From positions 1-58,433 of the IMG/VR virus record IMGVR_UViG_3300025759_008281: a stretch of 58,433 nucleotides of DNA, one strand, 5' to 3'. The DNA is from a virus (lineage: Duplodnaviria; Caudoviricetes). The translations under genes and the position numbers were made by a program. Positions 37,557 through 45,858 of the stretch are shown here, in pieces (the stretch's first letter is position 1; each line of letters begins with the position of its first letter). Under the pieces are notes generated by a model. The model saw only the letters and a program-made list of their open reading frames with translations. It had not been told where the DNA came from and ran no database searches.

Positions 37557-38017
37557 TGCCCGTTCCTCACAAACATAGGGTTCAAAAATGGTTAACTGAA
37601 TCTTTGGATTCTTTGTTTGCTACAATGCAGTTTAAAAAGGCTGTAAGAAATGTACTAAAGAGTAGGCAGACCAAGGTGTCACAGTACACAGGTTTCTTAA
37701 GTAATCTAGAAAGAGGAGATGAAATTGTTATTGCTTCAGAGAATATTCAATATGCTACTGGAATACATGTACTAGGTACATTTACTGACAGTACAAAAGA
37801 GCACCTTAAAATGGTTGAATACTCTGTTGTGGTAACTGACACTGGCTTGGTAGGAGATAATGCCTTAGCTAAGTCCTATGTGGGTGGTGCAGGGGATGGT
37901 CAATTTGAGTACACCATCAATGGTGACAAAATAGAAGTAAAAGCTATAAATATAACTAGTACAAATCCTGCAAGGATTTTTAATTTATCATATAAAGTTA
38001 CAGTATTTTATAAATGA
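37556..38017 (+). CDS. Virion protein sharing its N-terminus with the 33886 fibre
   Basis: VPHKHRVQKWLTESLDSLFATMQF versus VPYRQRVQAYLTKSVDSLFRTIQF. Confidence 0.6.
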   Translation: MPVPHKHRVQKWLTESLDSLFATMQFKKAVRNVLKSRQTKVSQYTGFLSNLERGDEIVIASENIQYATGIHVLGTFTDSTKEHLKMVEYSVVVTDTGLVGDNALAKSYVGGAGDGQFEYTINGDKIEVKAINITSTNPARIFNLSYKVTVFYK

Positions 38018-38526
38018 TTGATCCCTATAGTATAGAAAAAGGTGTAAAAATTCAAGCCCCATCACCAGGGGGTACTTATGGAGAGTTACTTCAAGAGGGG
38101 GTGGATAAGTTTATTGAGATTGCAGGCATAGATGAAAACACTACTGTTGCAGATATAGGGGCTTGCATGTTTAGAGCATCTGCATATCTTGCTTTAAAAA
38201 CTAAAGCACAAGTTATAGCAATAGAACCTGTTGAAAAAAGGGTAAACTTTGCAAAAAAATACTTTAGTGAAATACCTAATTTAGAAATAGTACAGGATAG
38301 ATGCCCATGTGAGCTAGAAGATGTTGATGTTTATCTACTACATATGTGTGCATTTCCTGAAAAAACTCAAATAGAAATCCTGGACAGTATCCCTAAAGGT
38401 AAAGATATTCTTGTAAATGGGACTGTTTGTTTATCATACATGAGAAAGCATGATATTAAAAGGAAGTACATTAACATTCCAACTACATATACAATAGCAG
38501 GATTTTATTTTTTTCAAAAAAAATAA
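38014..38526 (+). CDS. Class I SAM-dependent methyltransferase-like protein
   Basis: VADIGA...VIAIEP Rossmann motifs I and II. Confidence 0.55.
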   Translation: MIDPYSIEKGVKIQAPSPGGTYGELLQEGVDKFIEIAGIDENTTVADIGACMFRASAYLALKTKAQVIAIEPVEKRVNFAKKYFSEIPNLEIVQDRCPCELEDVDVYLLHMCAFPEKTQIEILDSIPKGKDILVNGTVCLSYMRKHDIKRKYINIPTTYTIAGFYFFQKK

Positions 38527-38556
38527 ACAAACTTTTTATATTTAAACTTCTTTAGT

Positions 38557-38564
38557 TATATTTG
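38557..38564 (+). promoter_or_regulatory. TAnnTTTG -7 element
   Basis: TATATTTG upstream of ATG 38595; another copy at 52672-52679 upstream of 52717. Confidence 0.5.
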
Positions 38565-38594
38565 TTTTATTACTAATTTTTTAAAACCAAGAAT

Positions 38595-38933
38595 ATGACA
38601 AAGGTTAAAGAAATGCCTAATGTGGCAGAAGAAGTTGTAAATGAGGAAGCTACATTATCTAAGGAAGAATTAGAGCAACGTAGAAAAGAAATCACTACAT
38701 TTTACAAGGAGAACATTAAGAATCTTAAGGTGCAGTTAGAGTATGAGAAACTTTTAACTGATATTGAAAAAACAAGAGCTGAGAGACTACAAGCTCAAAT
38801 GTTTGTAGCACAGACATATGCACAACAAAATGCTAATGAAGCTGCTACTGGGAATACTTCAGAAGCTGCTGAAGAGTTTGAGACTGCTAAAGAAGGTAGA
38901 ACCCTTAAACGTAAAGCAGATGAAACTGCTTAA
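38595..38933 (+). CDS. Coiled-coil hypothetical protein
   Basis: 112-aa helical ORF. Confidence 0.65.
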   Translation: MTKVKEMPNVAEEVVNEEATLSKEELEQRRKEITTFYKENIKNLKVQLEYEKLLTDIEKTRAERLQAQMFVAQTYAQQNANEAATGNTSEAAEEFETAKEGRTLKRKADETA

Positions 38934-39843
38934 GCAAGGATTAAAAGGACCAGAAGTAGTTAAGCTACAGAAGTTGCTTAAGATAACTCCTGATGGTGAC
39001 TTTGGACCTATGACACATAAAGCTGTCATAAGGTTTCAAATGCACAATGAGTTACATCCTGATGGCATTGTTGGAAATACTACTTGGGGTATGCTATTGC
39101 ATGCTCCAAGATTATCCAATGAAGCTATTGATGAGGATACTGATGTAAGATCACAGTACTATACAACAAACTTTGACCAGACTATACATAGACATTACCT
39201 AGATAGTAATGAGTATTTAAAAAAACCTGGCAAGAATGAATATTTCTTTTTACATCATACTGCAGGAGGTTCTAATCCATACAACTGTATAGATCAATGG
39301 AATAGAGATAGCAGAGGTAGAATAGCAACTGAGTTTGTTTTAGGTGGTCAAGACCATAAAACAAGTAATGATGAGCATGATGGTGTTATGGTTCAAGCAT
39401 TTCCAGAAGATGGTTATGGTTGGCACTTAGGTAAAACTGGTTCAGGTTATATGAATAAGCATTCTATTGGTATTGAGATATGTTCAATGGGATATCTTGA
39501 TAATGATAATAGAACTTATGTGGGATCAAAGGTTGCAGATAATCAGATTATTACTTTAGAAGAAGCATTTAGGGGTAAACTTAGATGGCATAAATACTCT
39601 GACAAACAAATTGATGAGGTACATAAACTCATACTTTATATTCAAGAAAGAGATCAAATAGATATGAGAATTGGTCTCCAACAGTTTATAAAGAAATATG
39701 GTCCAACTAAAGCCTTTGAGTTTCAAGAGGATGCTTATTATGGAAAGATAAAAGGATTGTTATCACACACTAATGTGAGAAAAACAAAAATGGATGTGTA
39801 TCCAGATCCTAGATTAATTGATGTTATAATGAGTATAAAATGA
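38920..39843 (+). CDS. Endolysin: peptidoglycan-binding domain + N-acetylmuramoyl-L-alanine amidase
   Basis: LQKLL..DGDFGPMT..AVIRFQ..DGIVG..TW; LHHTAG, WHLG, SIGIEIC, SH...KMD. Start at ATG 38920. Confidence 0.88.
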   Translation: MKLLKQGLKGPEVVKLQKLLKITPDGDFGPMTHKAVIRFQMHNELHPDGIVGNTTWGMLLHAPRLSNEAIDEDTDVRSQYYTTNFDQTIHRHYLDSNEYLKKPGKNEYFFLHHTAGGSNPYNCIDQWNRDSRGRIATEFVLGGQDHKTSNDEHDGVMVQAFPEDGYGWHLGKTGSGYMNKHSIGIEICSMGYLDNDNRTYVGSKVADNQIITLEEAFRGKLRWHKYSDKQIDEVHKLILYIQERDQIDMRIGLQQFIKKYGPTKAFEFQEDAYYGKIKGLLSHTNVRKTKMDVYPDPRLIDVIMSIK

Positions 39844-40286
39844 CACAAGTAAAAAAAGTTGACCAAAGAGTTAAAACTACAATAGAAAACACAGTAAAGT
39901 ATCAGATACTTACTTACTGTTTTTTTAATGAAATACGTGTAAATGATTCTGATTTAAGTTTATTAACTGAATTAGCATTATGTGGAAATACTGAAGTACC
40001 TAAGTTTTGTAAGATACTAACTGATAAGAATATTTTTAAAAGTTTGCAGTCTGCAAGAAATGCTATATCTAAAGCACACAAAAAGAATCTTGTAGATAAA
40101 GATTTACAAAAGAAAATATTTTTAAATAGAAGCATTAATGTACAATCAAAAGGATTAGTTCTTCTTGACTATAAAATATTGGGGCAGAAGAAAGAAGTTT
40201 CTGAAGAAGAGAAATCAAATAGAATAAATGTAATAGAGAGAGACACTAATACTGAAGAGCATTATGAAAATGAAAACAATATTTAA
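39840..40286 (+). CDS. Hypothetical protein (possible wHTH)
   Basis: 148-aa coupled ORF. Confidence 0.6.
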   Translation: MTQVKKVDQRVKTTIENTVKYQILTYCFFNEIRVNDSDLSLLTELALCGNTEVPKFCKILTDKNIFKSLQSARNAISKAHKKNLVDKDLQKKIFLNRSINVQSKGLVLLDYKILGQKKEVSEEEKSNRINVIERDTNTEEHYENENNI

Positions 40287-40485
40287 ACTACTGATAAGGA
40301 ACACATTAACTCAAATTGCTGTATTAGGAGTTATTATGGTGGGATCTGCAATACTGTCAAACTATATAGATTGGTTTTACAACATAACAGTTATATCTGC
40401 TTTTTTACTTAGCTTGATTGCTGTAGCATTTATTATAAGTAGTATTATTTACGGGATTTTTAAAAAGTTTGATAAAGACAAATGA
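40264..40485 (+). CDS. Two-TM membrane protein (possible holin)
   Basis: Two hydrophobic helices and a basic C-terminus, near the endolysin. Confidence 0.45.
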   Translation: MKMKTIFKLLIRNTLTQIAVLGVIMVGSAILSNYIDWFYNITVISAFLLSLIAVAFIISSIIYGIFKKFDKDK

Positions 40486-40850
40486 ACCCAAAAAAGTACA
40501 AAGAGTTTAAGGAAGGGATAGCAGAAGAACTTCAAATCCATCCTGATGTAGTAGATGACTTTATAGCTTTCTATTATAATGAGGTTAGAAAAAGTTTATC
40601 TTCCCTTTCTGCTACTCACATTTGGGTGCAAGGTCTTGGAACATTCTCTATGAAGAAAGCAAAGCTAGAGAAGTCCATAAAGAAAAAGAAAAGTCTTCTT
40701 GGCAATTTTAACAAGATGGCATATAATGGCATAGAGAAATCAATGGCAATAAAAGAACAACTTGGGTTGCAAGAAAAAGCATTGGAGATGCTTAATGAAA
40801 GCATACAAAAAAAGAAGGAGTTTAAAGAAAAAAAGAATGGGTCTAAGTAA
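40482..40850 (+). CDS. HU/IHF-like DNA-binding protein
   Basis: IAEEL...VDDFI...IWVQGLGTFSMKK. Confidence 0.65.
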   Translation: MNPKKYKEFKEGIAEELQIHPDVVDDFIAFYYNEVRKSLSSLSATHIWVQGLGTFSMKKAKLEKSIKKKKSLLGNFNKMAYNGIEKSMAIKEQLGLQEKALEMLNESIQKKKEFKEKKNGSK

Positions 40851-41163
40851 GTACATAGGAGCATTTAAGAATAGTTCAAAGATACTTGAGGGTATCAAGA
40901 ACAATATATTTAAATCAGAGCATGTTGAAGCAGAAGCAGCTCTAAGAATTGATGTTTGTAATAAGTGTAACTTTTTAGATACATCTGGATCAAAGTGTTT
41001 AGTCCCTGGAACACAGCCATGTTGTGGAAGTTGTGGTTGTAGTCTGACTTTAAAAACAAGATCATTATCTTCAGAATGTCCTGAAGGTAAGTGGCCTGCA
41101 TTAATGACTGAAGATGAAGAAGATTTATTAAACCAACAATTAGAAGAAGATGGCAGAGATTAA
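40837..41163 (+). CDS. Cys-rich Zn-binding protein
   Basis: CNKC...CCGSCGCSLTLKTRSLSSECPEGKW. Start at MGLSKY (40837). Confidence 0.65.
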   Translation: MGLSKYIGAFKNSSKILEGIKNNIFKSEHVEAEAALRIDVCNKCNFLDTSGSKCLVPGTQPCCGSCGCSLTLKTRSLSSECPEGKWPALMTEDEEDLLNQQLEEDGRD

Positions 41164-41322
41164 AACTATAGGAGACAGTAACCATAAGTTTGATATTATT
41201 GAGTTTGAGAATTATATTTTTCCAGAGATTCTTAAAATGAAAAAACAGTATCCAAATGATCAAGACTTTGGCAAACATGTAAGAAGACTTCTGACACTTA
41301 ATAACCAAAAAAAATTATAGTC

Positions 41323-42141
41323 ATGGGTATACAATTTAAAGAAGAAGGTCATATATATGAGAGCATTGATAATGCCGGAATTGAATGGACAAGTGTAACA
41401 TCTTTTGTTGGAATGTTTAAACCAAAGTTTGATGCTAAAGCACAAGCTAAAAAGTCTGCAAAAAATAAAAGATCTAAGTGGTACGGAATGACAGCACAAG
41501 AAATACTTGATGCATGGGAAGGTGAAACACAAAGGGCTATTAAACTGGGTAACTTTTACCACAACCAAAGAGAAGCAGATATTTTAAACTTCAAGACTAT
41601 AGAAAGAGAAGGGGTAGAAGTACCAATTATTAAACCAATATATGATGAAGCAACTGGTGCAAAAATTGCAAGAGTTCAAAAACTAGAAGAGGGAGTGTAT
41701 CCTGAACATATGGTTTACCTTAAGTCTATAGGTCTATGTGGTCAAGCAGATTTAGTAGAAGTTGTTAATGGTGTAGTAAACATACTTGACTACAAGACTA
41801 ACAAAGAAATTAAAACTAAAGGGTTTACAAATTGGGAAGGAATTACATCTAAGATGTATAATCCTGTAAACCATTTAGATGACTGTAACTATAACCATTA
41901 TAACCTACAATTAAGCATTTATATGTATATTATATTGAAGCACAATCCAAAGTTAAAACCTGGCAAGCTTACAATTCAACATGTAAAGTTTAATGAATTA
42001 GGAAAAGATAAGAATGGTTATCCAATCAATGAACATATAGATGGAGAACCAGTATTTGATAAAATAGAACTATATGAAGTACCTTATTTAAAAGATGAGG
42101 TAAAGAATTTAGTATCATGGTTAAAAGAAAACAAACTGTAA
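41323..42141 (+). CDS. PD-(D/E)XK nuclease
   Basis: SVTS, GNFYH, GQADL, ILDYKTNK, YNLQLSIY. Confidence 0.8.
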   Translation: MGIQFKEEGHIYESIDNAGIEWTSVTSFVGMFKPKFDAKAQAKKSAKNKRSKWYGMTAQEILDAWEGETQRAIKLGNFYHNQREADILNFKTIEREGVEVPIIKPIYDEATGAKIARVQKLEEGVYPEHMVYLKSIGLCGQADLVEVVNGVVNILDYKTNKEIKTKGFTNWEGITSKMYNPVNHLDDCNYNHYNLQLSIYMYIILKHNPKLKPGKLTIQHVKFNELGKDKNGYPINEHIDGEPVFDKIELYEVPYLKDEVKNLVSWLKENKL

Positions 42142-42152
42142 AATATTAAAGT

Positions 42153-42473
42153 ATGCCTATAATATATAATCTAGATTACAAGTGGGAAGAATTAGACACA
42201 TTTATTCCAAATGTTCAAAGTACTTTAGGACAAGGAACCAAGCCAGAAGAAATACCACCTATTTCAACTGTTGTAACTTTTGAAATTGGACCACCAATAA
42301 AATTAAATATGGCTGAAGTTATCTATTTTCATACATATTTTAATAATGATGACAGAGTTAAAAATTATGAGAATAATAAGCTAGTTGTTTATCTTAAAAG
42401 TGGAGGTCTTTTATATATAGATAATAAAACTGTTAGTGCCTTTGAAAATCTAATAATACCAGACACTCAATAA
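42153..42473 (+). CDS. Hypothetical protein
   Basis: 106-aa ORF. Confidence 0.55.
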   Translation: MPIIYNLDYKWEELDTFIPNVQSTLGQGTKPEEIPPISTVVTFEIGPPIKLNMAEVIYFHTYFNNDDRVKNYENNKLVVYLKSGGLLYIDNKTVSAFENLIIPDTQ

Positions 42474-42475
42474 TT

Positions 42476-42994
42476 ATGATAATAAAACTATTTGACATAC
42501 AGAATAATGAAGTGATTCCAAGTGAACACTGTTATGCTTTAGAGTTTTTAAAAGTTATAATGGATGAATATCCTGAAACTTATCTACAAGTTTACAAGTA
42601 TTTGTTTTATATGACTTGTCCAAACCCAGATATGAACCCTTTCTTTCATCTTCCTGAGAATGATAAAGAAGAAATTATTATTGAAGAGGTAGGATTAGAA
42701 GAATCTACAGAAGATGATTATATTGTAAAAGCTTTAGTTAAGTGTCAAAAAATGTATGAGACACCTACACACAGAGCTTATTTGGGTATAAAGAAAGCTT
42801 TAGATAATATGGCAACATATATGGCTAACACTCCAATTACAGATGGTAGAGATGGTAATATATCTCAGATCCGTGCTGTAGCAAAAGACTTTGATGCAAT
42901 AAGACAGTCCTTTAAAGGGGCATATAAAGATTTACAAGATGAACAACAAACATCTGTAAGAGGAGGTCAAGGATTGGCCTATGACCAAATGTAA
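42476..42994 (+). CDS. Phage protein upstream of the terminase (possible small terminase)
   Basis: Position and the C-terminal VRGG motif. Function is inferred. Confidence 0.45.
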   Translation: MIIKLFDIQNNEVIPSEHCYALEFLKVIMDEYPETYLQVYKYLFYMTCPNPDMNPFFHLPENDKEEIIIEEVGLEESTEDDYIVKALVKCQKMYETPTHRAYLGIKKALDNMATYMANTPITDGRDGNISQIRAVAKDFDAIRQSFKGAYKDLQDEQQTSVRGGQGLAYDQM

Positions 42995-43015
42995 TTAATA
43001 ATTAAAACTAACAAG

Positions 43016-43237
43016 ATGGAATTTAAAAGATCCGGTGTAATTAAAGCCCTCTACCTAAAGGCACAAGCAGACAAAGCCAAAGCAGAAATGGCTTTAGATT
43101 TATTAGAAAACCAAGCAGTAGGTATTGGTGATCACACAGCTAATGATTTTTTTCAGGATGCTGAAGAAGCTTTACAATTATTAATTGATGCTTCTGATAA
43201 AATTAGTTTGATAGAGGAAAGATTTGATATAGAATAA
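43016..43237 (+). CDS. Small helical phage protein
   Basis: NQAVGIGDH motif. Confidence 0.6.
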   Translation: MEFKRSGVIKALYLKAQADKAKAEMALDLLENQAVGIGDHTANDFFQDAEEALQLLIDASDKISLIEERFDIE

Positions 43238-43249
43238 AAACCAATAGTT

Positions 43250-43516
43250 ATGAAAGTTATACCAGTTGGGATGAAAATCCTATTAAAACCAAAAGAAGCA
43301 AGCAAGTATTATCCAGGAACTGAAATACTTATTCCTGAAACACAGCAAAAAGCAGAACCAAAAGGTACTGTTGTAGGTGTAGGAGATAGTGTAACAGATA
43401 TCAAAGAAGGAGACTTTGTTCAGTATAGTGACAGTGCATCAATTATAAAGATGGAGCACAATAATGAAGAGCACTATTTAATTAATAAAGGGGATATTTT
43501 TGCAATCCTGAGATAA
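43250..43516 (+). CDS. groES: Co-chaperonin GroES-like
   Basis: VIPVGMKILLK...ILIPE...GTVVGVG...IKEGDFV...YLINKGDIFAI. Confidence 0.8.
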   Translation: MKVIPVGMKILLKPKEASKYYPGTEILIPETQQKAEPKGTVVGVGDSVTDIKEGDFVQYSDSASIIKMEHNNEEHYLINKGDIFAILR

Positions 43517-43519
43517 TAT

Positions 43520-45706
43520 ATGGGTAGATTAATTCCAACATATGAAAAAGGGGTATGGTCAGAGTCTTCATTTGAAACAGATGAGGACTTTGCCAGTTTC
43601 TTAAAAGATATATTCAAAGAGCCAGGTCAGTATGACTTTGATGAGACTGCTTATTTATTTAATGAACAAGCTAGAATCTTTAACACTAAAGGAGTTTACT
43701 GTGATAAACCTTTTAGGTCTAAAGACTTTATGGCTTATTGGGATGATCAGAAGAATAAATGTAGGAATGGTGTAATCTACAAGAATGAAGGTAAGATATG
43801 GTATGTAGCCAGAGATTACTACATGTGGTTAAACTTCTTACCTATATTTGACAAAGAAGAAAAGGCATATGGTTTTGCTAAAGTAAGAGATGCACAGTAC
43901 CATATGGCATTATATGAGTTATTGGCAGAGTTAAACAACAGACATTCTGCAATATTTAAGAAAAGACAGATTGCCTCATCTTACTATCATATGGGTAAAG
44001 TAATAAACCAGTATTGGTTTGAAGAAGGTTCTGTTTGTAAAATTGGTGCAAGTTTAAAAGACTACATTAATGATAAAGGTTCTTGGAAGTTCTTAGAAGA
44101 ATATAGAGACTTTCTTAATGAGCATACAGCTTGGTATAGACCAAGTAATCCTGAAAAAGTTTTACTATGGCAACAACAGATTGAGGTCAGAGTAGGAAAC
44201 AAAAAAACCAATAAAGGATTAAAGTCTAAGATACAAGGTGCATCATTTGAGAAGAATGCAACAACAGGTGTAGGGGGTCCAACAACTTACTTCTTTCATG
44301 AGGAAGCAGGGATTGCTCCAAAGATGATGCAGACATATGAGTACTTACGTCCTGCAATGTCATCAGGAATGTTAACAACAGGTATGTTTATTGCAGCAGG
44401 ATCAGTGGGGGATTTAGATCAATGTGAACCATTAAAGGATATGATACTAAATCCAACTAATAATGACATCTATGCAGTAGAAACCAACCTTCTTGATAAA
44501 GATGGGACAATTGGATTATCAGGTTTGTTTATACCAGAGCAATGGTCCATGCCACCATACATTGACAAGTATGGCAACTCAAAGGTAAAAGAAGCACTTG
44601 CTGCAATATTCAAAGAAAGAGAAGAATGGAAGGCAAAACTAAACCCAGAGCAGTATCAATTAAGGATATCTCAGAAACCAACTAATATTGCAGAAGGGTT
44701 TGCATACAGAAAAGAGTCCATATTTCCTCAAGGGATCCTTTCTAAGCAACTTAAAAGGATTGAAGATAAGGAATACTCATATGAGCATATTGAGCTCACT
44801 AGAGATGAGCAGGGAATAGTTGCAAAGAGAACTACTAAACTTCCAATATCTCAATTTCCTGTAGATAAAAAGATGCAGGATAAAACAGGTTGTTTAGTTG
44901 TATGGGAAAGACCTGTAAAAAATCCAGAGTTTGGAATGTACTATGCATCTATTGACCCCGTATCAGAAGGTAAAACAACAACATCAGATTCATTGTGTAG
45001 TATCTTTGTATATAAGAATCCAGTTGAGGTAACAAGAGAAACTTCAGCAGGATTAGAACAGTTTGTAGAGAAAGATAAAATTGTAGCTGCTTGGTGTGGT
45101 AGATATGATGACATTAATAAAACACATGAGCAATTAGAAAAGATTATAGAATGGTACAATGCATGGACAGTAGTAGAGAACAACATCTCATTATTTATCC
45201 AGCATATGATAAGAAGAAGAAAACAAAAGTATCTTGTACCTAAACAACAAATTGTATTCTTAAAAGATTTAGGATCCAATAAATCTGTGTATCAAGAATA
45301 TGGTTGGAAAAACACAGGTACTTTATTTAAAAGTCACCTCATCTCATATGCATTAGAATTTATCAGAGAAAGTATTGATGATGAATTAGATGAGAATGGA
45401 GAAATAATAAACCAAACTTTTGGGGTTGAAAGGATACCAGATCCGTTGTTATTAAAAGAAATGCTTGCATACTATCCTGGTTTAAACGTGGATAGACTTG
45501 TAGCATTTTCTGCATTGATAGCATTTGCAAAACTCCAACAGTCCAACAGAGGGTATGCAAAAAGAAGGGAATCTGAAACACCAGAAACCTTGCAAAATTC
45601 AGAAAATTTGTATAAATTAAAATATAACCCTTTTAGGAATATGGGCCGTTCCATGTCTAAAAGTAGCACTAAACAAAAAAGATCAGGATTTAAAAATTTT
45701 AAATAA
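43520..45706 (+). CDS. terL: Terminase large subunit
   Basis: KKRQIASSY Walker A variant, FFHEEAG Walker B, nuclease SIDP...DS, VENN, NVDRLVA; upstream of the portal. Confidence 0.85.
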   Translation: MGRLIPTYEKGVWSESSFETDEDFASFLKDIFKEPGQYDFDETAYLFNEQARIFNTKGVYCDKPFRSKDFMAYWDDQKNKCRNGVIYKNEGKIWYVARDYYMWLNFLPIFDKEEKAYGFAKVRDAQYHMALYELLAELNNRHSAIFKKRQIASSYYHMGKVINQYWFEEGSVCKIGASLKDYINDKGSWKFLEEYRDFLNEHTAWYRPSNPEKVLLWQQQIEVRVGNKKTNKGLKSKIQGASFEKNATTGVGGPTTYFFHEEAGIAPKMMQTYEYLRPAMSSGMLTTGMFIAAGSVGDLDQCEPLKDMILNPTNNDIYAVETNLLDKDGTIGLSGLFIPEQWSMPPYIDKYGNSKVKEALAAIFKEREEWKAKLNPEQYQLRISQKPTNIAEGFAYRKESIFPQGILSKQLKRIEDKEYSYEHIELTRDEQGIVAKRTTKLPISQFPVDKKMQDKTGCLVVWERPVKNPEFGMYYASIDPVSEGKTTTSDSLCSIFVYKNPVEVTRETSAGLEQFVEKDKIVAAWCGRYDDINKTHEQLEKIIEWYNAWTVVENNISLFIQHMIRRRKQKYLVPKQQIVFLKDLGSNKSVYQEYGWKNTGTLFKSHLISYALEFIRESIDDELDENGEIINQTFGVERIPDPLLLKEMLAYYPGLNVDRLVAFSALIAFAKLQQSNRGYAKRRESETPETLQNSENLYKLKYNPFRNMGRSMSKSSTKQKRSGFKNFK

Positions 45707-45858
45707 TGCCAGAGTATCACGTAACATGTTCAGTAAACTATAATCAAATAACTTATTCCTATTGTGATATGAAGCTAGGAGTAATGTATGAATCAGTTTA
45801 TGAATTTGAGTATACACCCCAGGTATTATTTTCATACAGCCATAAGAGTATATCATGA
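45706..45858 (+). CDS. 50-aa ORF between terminase and portal (not in track)
   Basis: Start overlaps the terL stop (TAATG) and stop overlaps the portal ATG (ATGA). Confidence 0.5.
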   Translation: MPEYHVTCSVNYNQITYSYCDMKLGVMYESVYEFEYTPQVLFSYSHKSIS

